A DNA stretch of 64,000 nucleotides, taken from assembly GCA_045604765.1 (NCBI GenBank), contig JAZUOS010000054.1, forward strand, positions 14,267 to 78,266, in the 5' to 3' direction. The notes beneath the pieces are model-generated. The model was not told where the DNA came from. It saw only the letters and a list, made by a program, of their open reading frames with translations, and made no database searches. Shown here piece after piece: positions 9,705 to 18,252 of this stretch (positions are counted from its first letter, which is position 1; the number at the start of each line of letters is the position of its first letter). A program made the translations under genes and the position numbers. This stretch comes from Acutalibacteraceae bacterium (GTDB taxonomy: Bacteria > Bacillota > Clostridia > Oscillospirales > Acutalibacteraceae).

Positions 9705-10547
9705 ATGGAACCGAAGCTGCTAACCGAAAGGTATGAATTTGACGAACATCTCGAGTGCTTATACCGCTACGTATACAGTGATACCGAGCATTTTAACCCT
9801 CACTATCACGAATTTTATGAGTTCTTTATTATTTTAGAGGGTAATGCCTATCATCTTATAAACGGCAATAAAAACAAACTTACCAAAGGCAGTCTTGTGT
9901 TTATTCGCCCTAGTGACACGCACGATTATGTAGCTATAAATTCAAAACCGTTTGTTTTTTTAAATATTTCTTTTTCTGCAAATACGGCTGCGAAAATATT
10001 TGAATTTTTGGGTGACGGCTTTCCAAGCGAGCAGCTTATAAGCTCGCCGATGCCGCCCGAAATTCACCTCAACGATTATGACCTAAAGCGATTTAACAAT
10101 CGCTTTGAAAGCATTAAGGCCATAGACCCGCAAAACACCGCCGCACTGAAAACCGCGATGAGAAGCTTTTTGTTTAATACCTTTACGCGCTATTTTGCCG
10201 CAGGCGAGCAAATACATGAGGATATGCCCGTATGGCTTGAGCAAATGTGTGAAAGAATGAAACATGATGGTAATTTTGCACTCGGGTCTGATTACTTTTT
10301 TAGTCTAAGCGACAAAAGCCGCGAGCATATATCGCGCTCAATTAAACAATATACCGGTATGACGGTCAGCGAATATATAAATTCGCTGAGGCTTAACTTT
10401 ATTGCAAATATGCTTCGCAATTCAAACTACAGTATAGCGCAAATAATTTTTGATAGCGGGTTTAACAATATAAGCTGGGCATCGGAATGTTTTAAATTAA
10501 AATACGGTGTCACAATGCGTGAATACCGACAAAAAACACTTGACTGA
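9705..10547 (+). CDS. AraC-family transcriptional regulator (cupin + HTH)
   Basis: 280 aa. N-terminal cupin-like HYHEFYEFF segment and a C-terminal AraC-type HTH pair. RBS AGGAGA. Confidence 0.85.
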   Translation: MEPKLLTERYEFDEHLECLYRYVYSDTEHFNPHYHEFYEFFIILEGNAYHLINGNKNKLTKGSLVFIRPSDTHDYVAINSKPFVFLNISFSANTAAKIFEFLGDGFPSEQLISSPMPPEIHLNDYDLKRFNNRFESIKAIDPQNTAALKTAMRSFLFNTFTRYFAAGEQIHEDMPVWLEQMCERMKHDGNFALGSDYFFSLSDKSREHISRSIKQYTGMTVSEYINSLRLNFIANMLRNSNYSIAQIIFDSGFNNISWASECFKLKYGVTMREYRQKTLD

Positions 10548-10569
10548 ATTTTCAGTCAAGTGTTTTTTT
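10537..10569. terminator. bidirectional terminator between the AraC gene and GH130-A
   Basis: Perfect 11-bp stem cacttgactga / tcagtcaagtg plus T7. Confidence 0.7.
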
Positions 10570-10571
10570 AT

Positions 10572-11561
10572 TTAGATTGAATTCTCTTTTGTGAACTTAA
10601 TAAGCTCGTCAACGGTTGTAAAGGCTACGCCTACGTAAGTGTCAGCCGCACCGTAGTAAAGAGCTATTCTGCCTGTGTCGGCATCGCATAGGGTTGATAC
10701 AGGGAACACAACGTTTGGCACGTCGCCTGCGCGCTCATATATTTCACGCGGTCCTAACACGTAATGCTTTGTGCGATAAAGCACCTTCGTAGGATCATCA
10801 AGGTCCAAAAGCGCTGCGCCCGCATAATAACAAAGTCCATTACAGGTACCCTTTACTCCATGATAAATAAGAAGCCAACCTTCGTCAGTCTCAATAGGTG
10901 TGGGACCTCCGCCGATTTTTCCGCTTTGCCAACCGCCTGCCGGTGACATAACGAGGCGGTGCTTGCCCCAATATGTAAGGTCGGGGCTTTCGCTATAATA
11001 AATACTGCCGGCACCAAGTGTTCCATGACCTGCTTCTGACGGACGTGAGAACATAACATATTTACCGTTTATCTTACGTGGGAACAACACACCGTTGCGG
11101 TTATATGGCAAAAACGCATTTTCCATATGATAAAATTTTTCAAAATCGTCGGTATATGCCATACCGATTGTAGGATCCCAGTTAGCCATACCGGTACACC
11201 AAACGATATAGTATCTGCCATCGAGTTCGCAAACGCGTGGATCGTAACCGTATTCGTAAGGAACACCATCAATTTTATTTTCAAACTCAAGCGGTTCATC
11301 ATTTATGTCCCAATGAATACCGTCCTTGCTCTTGCCAACGTGAAGTTTAGGCAACATATCGGTACGGTCGCAACGGAACACACCGCGGAATTCACTGTTA
11401 AATGTTATAACCGAGCTGTTAAATAACGTATTTGCCTTTTTAATATCTTTGTATGAAAGTATTGGGTTTTCAGTATATCTCCAAAAAACCTCGTCACAAT
11501 CTACAGGTTTGTCCTGCCAAGGCATATTGGGAATTGATTTTCCGTTAATTACTTTTGCCAC
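10572..11561 (-). CDS. GH130 beta-mannoside phosphorylase (paralogue A)
   Basis: About 329 aa. Start set at the GTG at 11561, 8 nt after GAAGGAG. Sequence aligns throughout with paralogue B. Confidence 0.88.
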   Translation of the reverse strand: MAKVINGKSIPNMPWQDKPVDCDEVFWRYTENPILSYKDIKKANTLFNSSVITFNSEFRGVFRCDRTDMLPKLHVGKSKDGIHWDINDEPLEFENKIDGVPYEYGYDPRVCELDGRYYIVWCTGMANWDPTIGMAYTDDFEKFYHMENAFLPYNRNGVLFPRKINGKYVMFSRPSEAGHGTLGAGSIYYSESPDLTYWGKHRLVMSPAGGWQSGKIGGGPTPIETDEGWLLIYHGVKGTCNGLCYYAGAALLDLDDPTKVLYRTKHYVLGPREIYERAGDVPNVVFPVSTLCDADTGRIALYYGAADTYVGVAFTTVDELIKFTKENSI

Positions 11562-11594
11562 AATGTACACTCCTTCAAACAAGTTGTTAATTTC

Positions 11595-11623
11595 AATATA
11601 CACCAAAACGTATATAATTGCAA
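11595..11623 (-). promoter_or_regulatory. candidate sigma-A promoter of GH130-A
   Basis: Minus strand reads TTGCAA-17 nt-TATATT, about 30 nt upstream of the start codon. Confidence 0.4.
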
Positions 11624-11624
11624 G

Positions 11625-11656
11625 AAAAACCACTTAACTGAATTTCAGTCGAGTGG
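11625..11656 (-). terminator. terminator after GH130-B
   Basis: 12-bp stem ccacttaactga / tcagtcgagtgg (1 wobble, 1 mismatch), followed by a T-run on the minus strand. Near-copy of the 10537 hairpin. Confidence 0.55.
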
Positions 11657-11665
11657 TTTTGCTTT

Positions 11666-12655
11666 TTAAAATGAATTTTTCTTTGCAAATTCAATTAAGT
11701 CATCAACAGTGGTGTGCGCCATACCAACAACGGTATCTGCAGCGCCATAATAAATGGTAACCCTGCCTGTATCAGCATCGCACAAAGCAGCGCACGGAAA
11801 CACAACGTTTGGCACGTCACCCACGCACTCGTAAAACTCGCGGGGGCTTAGTATGTATTTCTTTGAGCGATAAAGAACCTTGGTTGGATCTTCAAGGTCT
11901 AATATAGCAATACCTGCATAATAGCAAAGACCGTTACAGGTTTTCTTTACACCGTGGTAGATAAGTAGCCATCCCTCGTCGGTTTCAATAGGGGTAGGAC
12001 CGCTACCAATCTTACAAGATTGCCAGCCGCCTTTTGGCCCCATAACAAAGCTATGGTGTCCCCAAAATTCCAAATCCTTACTCTTGCTTGCGTAGATACT
12101 ACCAACGGTTGGAAGATTTGGTGCCATAGGGCGAGAAAGCATCACGTAGTAGCCGTTTATCTTGCGAGGAAATAGCGAGCCGTTACGGTTATATGGCAAA
12201 AATGGATTTTGCATAAGATGAAACTTTTCGAAATCCTCGGTCCAAGCCATACCTAAGGTTGGGTCCCAGTTGCTTGTTGCCGAATTTCTGCACCAGATGA
12301 TATAATACTTGCCTTCAAGCTCACAAATACGTGGGTCATAACCGTATTCATAACGCTGACCGTCAACCTCGTTTTCAAACTTGAGCGGCTCGTCGTCAAT
12401 ATCCCAGTTGATACCGTCTTTACTTTTTCCCTTATGGAGAAGCGGAAGCATATCGGTCTTATCACAGCGAAAAATTCCGCGAAATTCACCCTTATACGCT
12501 ATAACAGAGCTGTTAAAAAGACTGTTTGCATCTTCGATATCATCGCGCGTAAGAATTGGATTGTGGCTGCTGCGCCAACAAACGTCTTTACAAGAAGCAG
12601 GCTTTTCTTCCCACGGGATATTTGGTATAGATGTGCCGTTAAGTACCTTTGCCAT
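11666..12655 (-). CDS. GH130 beta-mannoside phosphorylase (paralogue B)
   Basis: About 329 aa. Start set at the ATG at 12655 (MAKVLNGTSIPNIPW), preceded by TAGGAG. Confidence 0.88.
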   Translation of the reverse strand: MAKVLNGTSIPNIPWEEKPASCKDVCWRSSHNPILTRDDIEDANSLFNSSVIAYKGEFRGIFRCDKTDMLPLLHKGKSKDGINWDIDDEPLKFENEVDGQRYEYGYDPRICELEGKYYIIWCRNSATSNWDPTLGMAWTEDFEKFHLMQNPFLPYNRNGSLFPRKINGYYVMLSRPMAPNLPTVGSIYASKSKDLEFWGHHSFVMGPKGGWQSCKIGSGPTPIETDEGWLLIYHGVKKTCNGLCYYAGIAILDLEDPTKVLYRSKKYILSPREFYECVGDVPNVVFPCAALCDADTGRVTIYYGAADTVVGMAHTTVDDLIEFAKKNSF

Positions 12656-12686
12656 ATAATCAACTCCTAATTTATTTTTCAACATA

Positions 12687-12715
12687 AATATAGCATTTAT
12701 CGCAAAAAATAACAA
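12687..12715 (-). promoter_or_regulatory. candidate sigma-A promoter of GH130-B
   Basis: Minus strand reads TTGTTA-17 nt-TATATT. Confidence 0.35.
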
Positions 12716-12722
12716 GAAGTAT

Positions 12723-13541
12723 TTAAACCTTTTCAGGAATTATTTTTACTTTTGCGTACTCTTTTGGTGTAATTCCATACTTCTCTTTAAAGCGACGGCT
12801 AAAATTACGTACGGTACCAAAACCGCTTTCAAAGCAAGCGTCAATTACCCGATTTCCGTTTTTGAGTAGCTTTTTAGCATAATCGAAACGCTTTTCCGCG
12901 AGGTAATCATTAAAACACATACCCGTACGGCGCTTGAATTCGCGGCTAAAGTATGCCGGCGAAATATTAAACCGGTCTTTTATTACATTAAGGGTAATTT
13001 CTTGTCTGAAATTTATATTTATATATCCTATCGCCTGCGAAACGCCGTCTGAAGCATACTTTTGTTCAAAGCTAAATGCCTTACTGCCAAAAAGGTCAAG
13101 AATAATTATTTCTATAACATTTTTAATTTGTAAAACAGCGTAGTTACGGTTAGCTTTAAAAACCTTTACAAGATATTCTAAATCGGCAACCGTTTTCTCG
13201 CCTACACCCTTTACAATATCGGCATTAAGGAAGCCAAGTATTTGTGCAATTTCGGGTGACATATCTTTTGCAAAAAAGTGAAGAGTTATGGTTTTTATAT
13301 TTTGGGTTTCAAAGCCGTGAAAATCCATAGGAGTAATAAACAGCAAATCACCCTTTTGCACAGAATATGACTTGTCGTTTATAAGATGGGTGCCGCTACC
13401 CTCGGTTATATATTCGATTTCATAAAAATCGTGCTGATGAAGCGGATGATTTCTGTTAAGCACATTTTCGCAAACCAAAAAATCCCCTATTTTTCGTCGG
13501 TGCTGTTGGTTATATATTAAAGGAACGGTTTTCTTTTTCAT
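12723..13541 (-). CDS. AraC-family transcriptional regulator (cupin + HTH)
   Basis: 272 aa with a C-terminal AraC HTH (FSREFKRRTGMCFNDYL...). Lies only 4 nt downstream of the DUF4097 gene. Confidence 0.85.
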   Translation of the reverse strand: MKKKTVPLIYNQQHRRKIGDFLVCENVLNRNHPLHQHDFYEIEYITEGSGTHLINDKSYSVQKGDLLFITPMDFHGFETQNIKTITLHFFAKDMSPEIAQILGFLNADIVKGVGEKTVADLEYLVKVFKANRNYAVLQIKNVIEIIILDLFGSKAFSFEQKYASDGVSQAIGYININFRQEITLNVIKDRFNISPAYFSREFKRRTGMCFNDYLAEKRFDYAKKLLKNGNRVIDACFESGFGTVRNFSRRFKEKYGITPKEYAKVKIIPEKV

Positions 13542-13545
13542 AAAA

Positions 13546-14511
13546 TTATTTTCCTACATTTATTTGAATGTCGCCTGTGTCGGTGGTTATTTCGCATTTG
13601 CCACCGTCAGCAGTTTTGGGAACATCAATATCGCCTGTATCTGCTCTGCATATAAACACTTTATCGGTAAGCAAAGTGCCGCTAACATCACCTGTGTCAG
13701 TTGTTATTAAAATCTCACCCGCATCACACTTATCAAACCTTATATTACCCGTGCTTCTTTTAATATTAAAGTCTTTTGCCGCTATAACGTTTGTAAGCTT
13801 TATATCACCAGTATTTCCGGTTGAAATCAGACTTTCACATTTTACATCAGTAAGATTTGTTTTTCCCGTGGATACCTTTGTTTCAATTTTACCACTGCAG
13901 TCTACCGATTTCATATTTATACCACCTGTCGAAGTGGTAAAATTAATACTCCCCGCAATAATATCTTGGATATTGATATTTCCTGTAGATAGTTTGATTT
14001 TCATATTACTTACGGTTGATGCATTACAATTTACATCACCGGTAGAAGCGCTAATATCAATACTGTCAAAGGTAAATTCCTTTGGTATTTCTATGTCGCC
14101 TGTGCTTGATTTAATTGAGAGCGCACCATACTCTCCTTGGGGAACATATACTGTTATTTTTGGCGTGCCCAAATTTATACAAATATGCTTATACCATTTT
14201 TTCGCATCAACAACCTCGATTATAAGCGTATTGTCTTGTACTGCGACCGTGTGGCTTAAGTTCTTTTCCTCATAACAAACCACCCTGCATTTTTCATCAT
14301 CAGACAAAATAAATTTTATATCAGCCGTTTTGCTGTTGATTGATATATCATTAAAACTATCATTAATTTCGTGATTGTTAGTTTCATACTTTACGGTTGA
14401 TAATTTAGTAAAATCCCATTTAAGCATCGTCATCACTCCTGTAAAAATTACGGCTCCAATAAATATAAGAGAAAAGGCTATAATAAGCCATATTTTTGTT
14501 TTTTTACTCAT
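13546..14511 (-). CDS. DUF4097-type beta-helical repeat protein with N-terminal membrane anchor
   Basis: 321 aa. One N-terminal TM helix, then about 10 repeats of about 20 aa containing STGDI/STGNI/DTGDI. Confidence 0.8.
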   Translation of the reverse strand: MSKKTKIWLIIAFSLIFIGAVIFTGVMTMLKWDFTKLSTVKYETNNHEINDSFNDISINSKTADIKFILSDDEKCRVVCYEEKNLSHTVAVQDNTLIIEVVDAKKWYKHICINLGTPKITVYVPQGEYGALSIKSSTGDIEIPKEFTFDSIDISASTGDVNCNASTVSNMKIKLSTGNINIQDIIAGSINFTTSTGGINMKSVDCSGKIETKVSTGKTNLTDVKCESLISTGNTGDIKLTNVIAAKDFNIKRSTGNIRFDKCDAGEILITTDTGDVSGTLLTDKVFICRADTGDIDVPKTADGGKCEITTDTGDIQINVGK

Positions 14512-15107
14512 TATGCTTTCTCCTTCCTTAAAAGGCCGGATTTAATCCAAAATATGATTTTTTTACTAAACAGCATCATACCTTTAGTCGACGCCGTACA
14601 ACCATAGAAAATCAATATAGCAAGCCCGACGCTTACCACGCCGGCCGCTATTATGACAAGCCCCGAAAATACATTGCCGCTAATGCAAATTACAATACCC
14701 GCCACTATACAAAGCACGCAAGCCACCAACGAAGCAAAAATAGACCATAAAGAAATTATTAAAGACCATACCGCAATGTACGCCGAAAGAATTGCGGCAA
14801 AAGCGACAACTAAAAGTGATAGCCATATTGGTGAACCCAATATTAAAAGCACAGTTTCCAATATACTCATTTGTCGTTTGGCAATTATTCTTTGCTTTAC
14901 AAGTTTAATTATTGGTGTGCTGGATAAAATTGATTTTGAAATTTCTTGGAGGTCGCCTATTTCTTTTATTGCTTCTTCTTCGGTAAAGCCGTCTTCTATA
15001 TGGTCGTCAATTATTTCACTATAATAATCTAACGAGCTTTGTATATCATTGTCGGGCAGACCGCATAAATTTTCCTTAAGCTCGGTTAAAAATTGTGACT
15101 TGTTCAT
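14511..15107 (-). CDS. DUF1700-type membrane protein
   Basis: 198 aa. MNKSQFLTELKENLCGLPDNDIQSSLDYYSEII N-terminus typical of DUF1700, with C-terminal TM helices. Confidence 0.8.
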   Translation of the reverse strand: MNKSQFLTELKENLCGLPDNDIQSSLDYYSEIIDDHIEDGFTEEEAIKEIGDLQEISKSILSSTPIIKLVKQRIIAKRQMSILETVLLILGSPIWLSLLVVAFAAILSAYIAVWSLIISLWSIFASLVACVLCIVAGIVICISGNVFSGLVIIAAGVVSVGLAILIFYGCTASTKGMMLFSKKIIFWIKSGLLRKEKA

Positions 15108-15417
15108 CTTGAGCCTCCCTTGTTACAAAGTTGTAAATCGAGATTATCTCTTGCCATTCAAGTTTAAAATCTTCTATTCTTTTAAGACCTGCCTGCGTTA
15201 TGTGATAATATTTTCTAAGTCTACCGTTGTGCTCGACGCCCCTTGCGGTAAGCTGATTTGCCGACTCTAGTCGGCGCAAAATTGGATATAATGTTGATTC
15301 GGAAATTTCCACAAAAGGTTTAATATCTTTTATAATCTGATATCCGTAAGAGTCCTCGCCCTTTATAGCAGCAAGAACACAAATATCTAAAAGTCCGCGT
15401 TTAAGCTGAATATCCAT
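15076..15417 (-). CDS. PadR-family transcriptional regulator
   Basis: Start set at the ATG at 15417, preceded by AGGGAGG. Reads MDIQLKRGLLDICVLAAIKGEDSYGYQI. Confidence 0.85.
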   Translation of the reverse strand: MDIQLKRGLLDICVLAAIKGEDSYGYQIIKDIKPFVEISESTLYPILRRLESANQLTARGVEHNGRLRKYYHITQAGLKRIEDFKLEWQEIISIYNFVTREAQDEQVTIFNRA

Positions 15418-15500
15418 AACATACCTCCCTTTGCATAATACTATACAACACGCAGTATTATTTGTCAAGCGACATTTTTTGCCCTTGTACCGCAAACAAT

Positions 15501-15528
15501 AAAAATCGGCGCGGATTTTATCCGCGCC
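15501..15528 (-). terminator. terminator after the symporter gene
   Basis: 9-bp GC stem ggcgcggat / atccgcgcc, with a T-run on the minus strand. Confidence 0.55.
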
Positions 15529-15542
15529 CTATGCTATATTCA

Positions 15543-16922
15543 TTATTTCTTTTTGCGTTTAAAAATCTGCGCTCTGAAAAGGATGATATTCATAGCAATA
15601 AAAAACGCTGCAAGAATACCAAGTGTGAGCAATTCGTGCCCGGGTGCAAAGGTTGCTATTAGCATTATCGGAAAACCGAATGCAATTGCGGGGAAGTTTT
15701 GATAAACAAGGTTATCGGCTGCGGGGGTTTTAAAGTCGCCGTCAATCTCGCGAAGCAATATAACACCCGTGCTGGCAGTACCCGTAAGCATACCAAACAT
15801 AGCCAAAAACTGCTCTTCGGGGTAATCTTTAAAGAGTGTTTTTGCAACAACGCGGTTGTAAATATAGGTGATTATAAGACCCGCAACACCAAGTATTAAC
15901 ATAATACCCCAATACTTTTCAAGAGTATCAAGTCTTATTGCGGCAATACCCGCAACCACCATTACATCAAAAAAGAAGTTGCTTGCGCGCGTTAACAAAA
16001 AGTTATTGGTGTAATCTTTTTTCTGCGTAGAAATCTTTTTAAAGAATTTCATAATTCCCTTGATAAGCGTTGCTGACAGCACACCCAAAAGAAAGTTAAA
16101 GCCGTAAATTGTAGATTTCATACCCGGCAGCAATTTACCAAGCAATCCCATAAACACGTATGTCAGCACATACGCCATAAAGATAAGCGCCACCTGAATG
16201 GTAAGCTTGTCAACACTTTCTTGCATAGGTATTTCGTTTTCGGATTCAATTACCTCGTTGTTAAGCTTAAACTTTGCGTCAGAGGTCTTTAGCTTGCCGC
16301 GCTTTTTCATTATGTTAAGATGAATTATACCGCCAAAGCTTGCGCTTAAAAAGCCTAATGCCGCAATGGTAAGACCAAAGCTTTTGCCACCGTCAAAGCC
16401 ATATTCGGTTTCATAAATGTTGCCGTAATTAAGCGCTTGACCTGTGCCTTGACCGTAGCCGAACGGTAAGAGTATACCCGCGGCTTTAAAGAAATCTTTA
16501 ATAACAAACGCTGCGATAAGCGTAATCGCTATACCGACAATTGCTTGTATTAAATAGGTAGAAACTGTGGTAACACCTGTGTTAAAAATTTCGGTTGCGC
16601 GCTTACCCGTCAGCTTATTTTCAGAGGTTTTAAGGGTAGAAGCTATAAAGCCAAGTGCCAACGCGTGATATGTAATGGTCTCAAGCGTTGCGGTGCCCAC
16701 ACCGCCAAAGGTAGCGGTATCAAACATAACATTGCCTGTAATCCATTTGTAAATAGCCGCAACAATAATAAGTATTGCGCCGCCTAAAACCGAGGTAGGT
16801 ATCAGCGAGTTGCGCATAAAGGGTATTGATTTTTTAACAATATTGCCCGCAAGCAAACTACCCAAAAGCACTGACACTAAAAGTATTGTGCTCCAGACAT
16901 TAGAGTCCCAAAAATTGCTCAT
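15543..16922 (-). CDS. sodium/glutamate symporter (GltS/ESS family)-like transporter
   Basis: 459 aa, polytopic. The N-terminal pattern (KKSIPFMRNSLIPTSVLGG) resembles GltS. Assigned from memory only. Confidence 0.55.
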   Translation of the reverse strand: MSNFWDSNVWSTILLVSVLLGSLLAGNIVKKSIPFMRNSLIPTSVLGGAILIIVAAIYKWITGNVMFDTATFGGVGTATLETITYHALALGFIASTLKTSENKLTGKRATEIFNTGVTTVSTYLIQAIVGIAITLIAAFVIKDFFKAAGILLPFGYGQGTGQALNYGNIYETEYGFDGGKSFGLTIAALGFLSASFGGIIHLNIMKKRGKLKTSDAKFKLNNEVIESENEIPMQESVDKLTIQVALIFMAYVLTYVFMGLLGKLLPGMKSTIYGFNFLLGVLSATLIKGIMKFFKKISTQKKDYTNNFLLTRASNFFFDVMVVAGIAAIRLDTLEKYWGIMLILGVAGLIITYIYNRVVAKTLFKDYPEEQFLAMFGMLTGTASTGVILLREIDGDFKTPAADNLVYQNFPAIAFGFPIMLIATFAPGHELLTLGILAAFFIAMNIILFRAQIFKRKKK

Positions 16923-18120
16923 CTTTTTCTCCTTTTGTCACATTTTTGTGACGGTAATAAATATGCACATATTTAAGAGCGTTAAAGCGTTTGTCACCCT
17001 TTAGCTGATAAACCTTGTCGCCGTAATAAATATTAAGCTTGTTTCTACCAAGCACCGATACAGCCGAGGTTTCACTGAAATTAAGCTTTAGCTCACCCTG
17101 CTCGCCCTCGTCAAAAACAATTTTATCACCGTAAAGCGAGATGCTTGCTCTAGTTTTAAACGGTACCTTTTTCTTGTTTATGATAACCTCAAAAACATCA
17201 GCTTCGTCGTGATAAATAGGCGCCGATATGTACTCGTTTATATCTAATTTGTTTATAAATTCCTTTTGGTAATCATACCAATCGGCCACAAACTTAAACG
17301 GAAAATCACAGTCAATACCCTTTATTTCTTTAGTGGGAGTATATTCTATCTTTGCGCCGCAATCTTTGCACTCGCAAAATTCATTCTCACTTTCAAACTT
17401 TGAAAGACCGCAGAACGGACATACATACATAGCACGTTCAAGATATTCGGCTCTCTTTTTATGGTGGAATTCTTGGTCGGCTACTGCTTCGTCAACATAA
17501 AGACCCTCTTCGATAATCTTAAACAGCTCTTCATTTGACATATTTTTATATTCTTCGGGCTCGATAACGCGTGACACATAACCACGCATTTTACCTTTTC
17601 GAACAACATCACTCCAACGCGGCTCTGCGCCGTAGCCACCCTCTATGCGATAAAGTGCTATCGGCACCTTAAGCATTTTAGCCATCGAAGCAATTGAATC
17701 GTTCATATATTCGGTTCTGCCGCTATAGGTGCGGTTGCCCTCGGGCGCTATGCAAATGGTACCGCCTTCACGGGCAACACGTATACATTGCTTTACAGCC
17801 TTTACATCACTGGTTTGCTTTTTGATGGGTATAGGCGCTACAATATAACGGATAATTGATGACAAAAAGCCCATTGAAAAAATATCTTCGGTAGCAAGAT
17901 AATATATCGGTCCCTTAAATGCCATACCAACAAAAAACTGGTCAAATGGGGTTTGGTGATTGAGCAAAATGAGGTAGGGTGTCTTTTTTTGCTCTTTGAA
18001 TTTTTCTATTGTTATGCCGTATTTAATGCGTGAATACGGATAAAGAACTATGTAAGCAAGGTTTCGCACCACTCGGTGACGGAACTTAAGCCACTTTTTT
18101 TGTTTCTTTTTCTCTGCCAT
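16900..18120 (-). CDS. lysophospholipid (PlsC-type) acyltransferase with C-terminal zinc-ribbon-containing extension
   Basis: 406 aa. HX4D motif (NHQTPFD) and PEGNR motif. CPFCG...CKDCG zinc ribbon around aa 235-255. Confidence 0.75.
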   Translation of the reverse strand: MAEKKKQKKWLKFRHRVVRNLAYIVLYPYSRIKYGITIEKFKEQKKTPYLILLNHQTPFDQFFVGMAFKGPIYYLATEDIFSMGFLSSIIRYIVAPIPIKKQTSDVKAVKQCIRVAREGGTICIAPEGNRTYSGRTEYMNDSIASMAKMLKVPIALYRIEGGYGAEPRWSDVVRKGKMRGYVSRVIEPEEYKNMSNEELFKIIEEGLYVDEAVADQEFHHKKRAEYLERAMYVCPFCGLSKFESENEFCECKDCGAKIEYTPTKEIKGIDCDFPFKFVADWYDYQKEFINKLDINEYISAPIYHDEADVFEVIINKKKVPFKTRASISLYGDKIVFDEGEQGELKLNFSETSAVSVLGRNKLNIYYGDKVYQLKGDKRFNALKYVHIYYRHKNVTKGEKDEQFLGL

Positions 18121-18219
18121 ATTTTACCCCGATTTTATTTAAAAATATATAATATTATATCATACATTTTTAAAAAAATAAAGTACAAATATTAATACAC
18201 CAAAAGACTTTTTGCTATA

Positions 18220-18250
18220 AAAAACAGACCCCGTGGGGCCTGCTTTTTTG
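18220..18250. terminator. terminator after the dockerin/GH16 gene
   Basis: GC-rich imperfect hairpin cagacccc / ggggcctg flanked by an A-run and a T-run. Confidence 0.4.
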
Positions 18251-18252
18251 TT

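Noticed and set aside
13568-14275. 235-aa plus-strand ORF opposite the DUF4097 gene
   Set aside because: It is the mirror image of a repetitive coding region. The minus-strand product has a clear family signature and operon context. The plus-strand ORF has neither.
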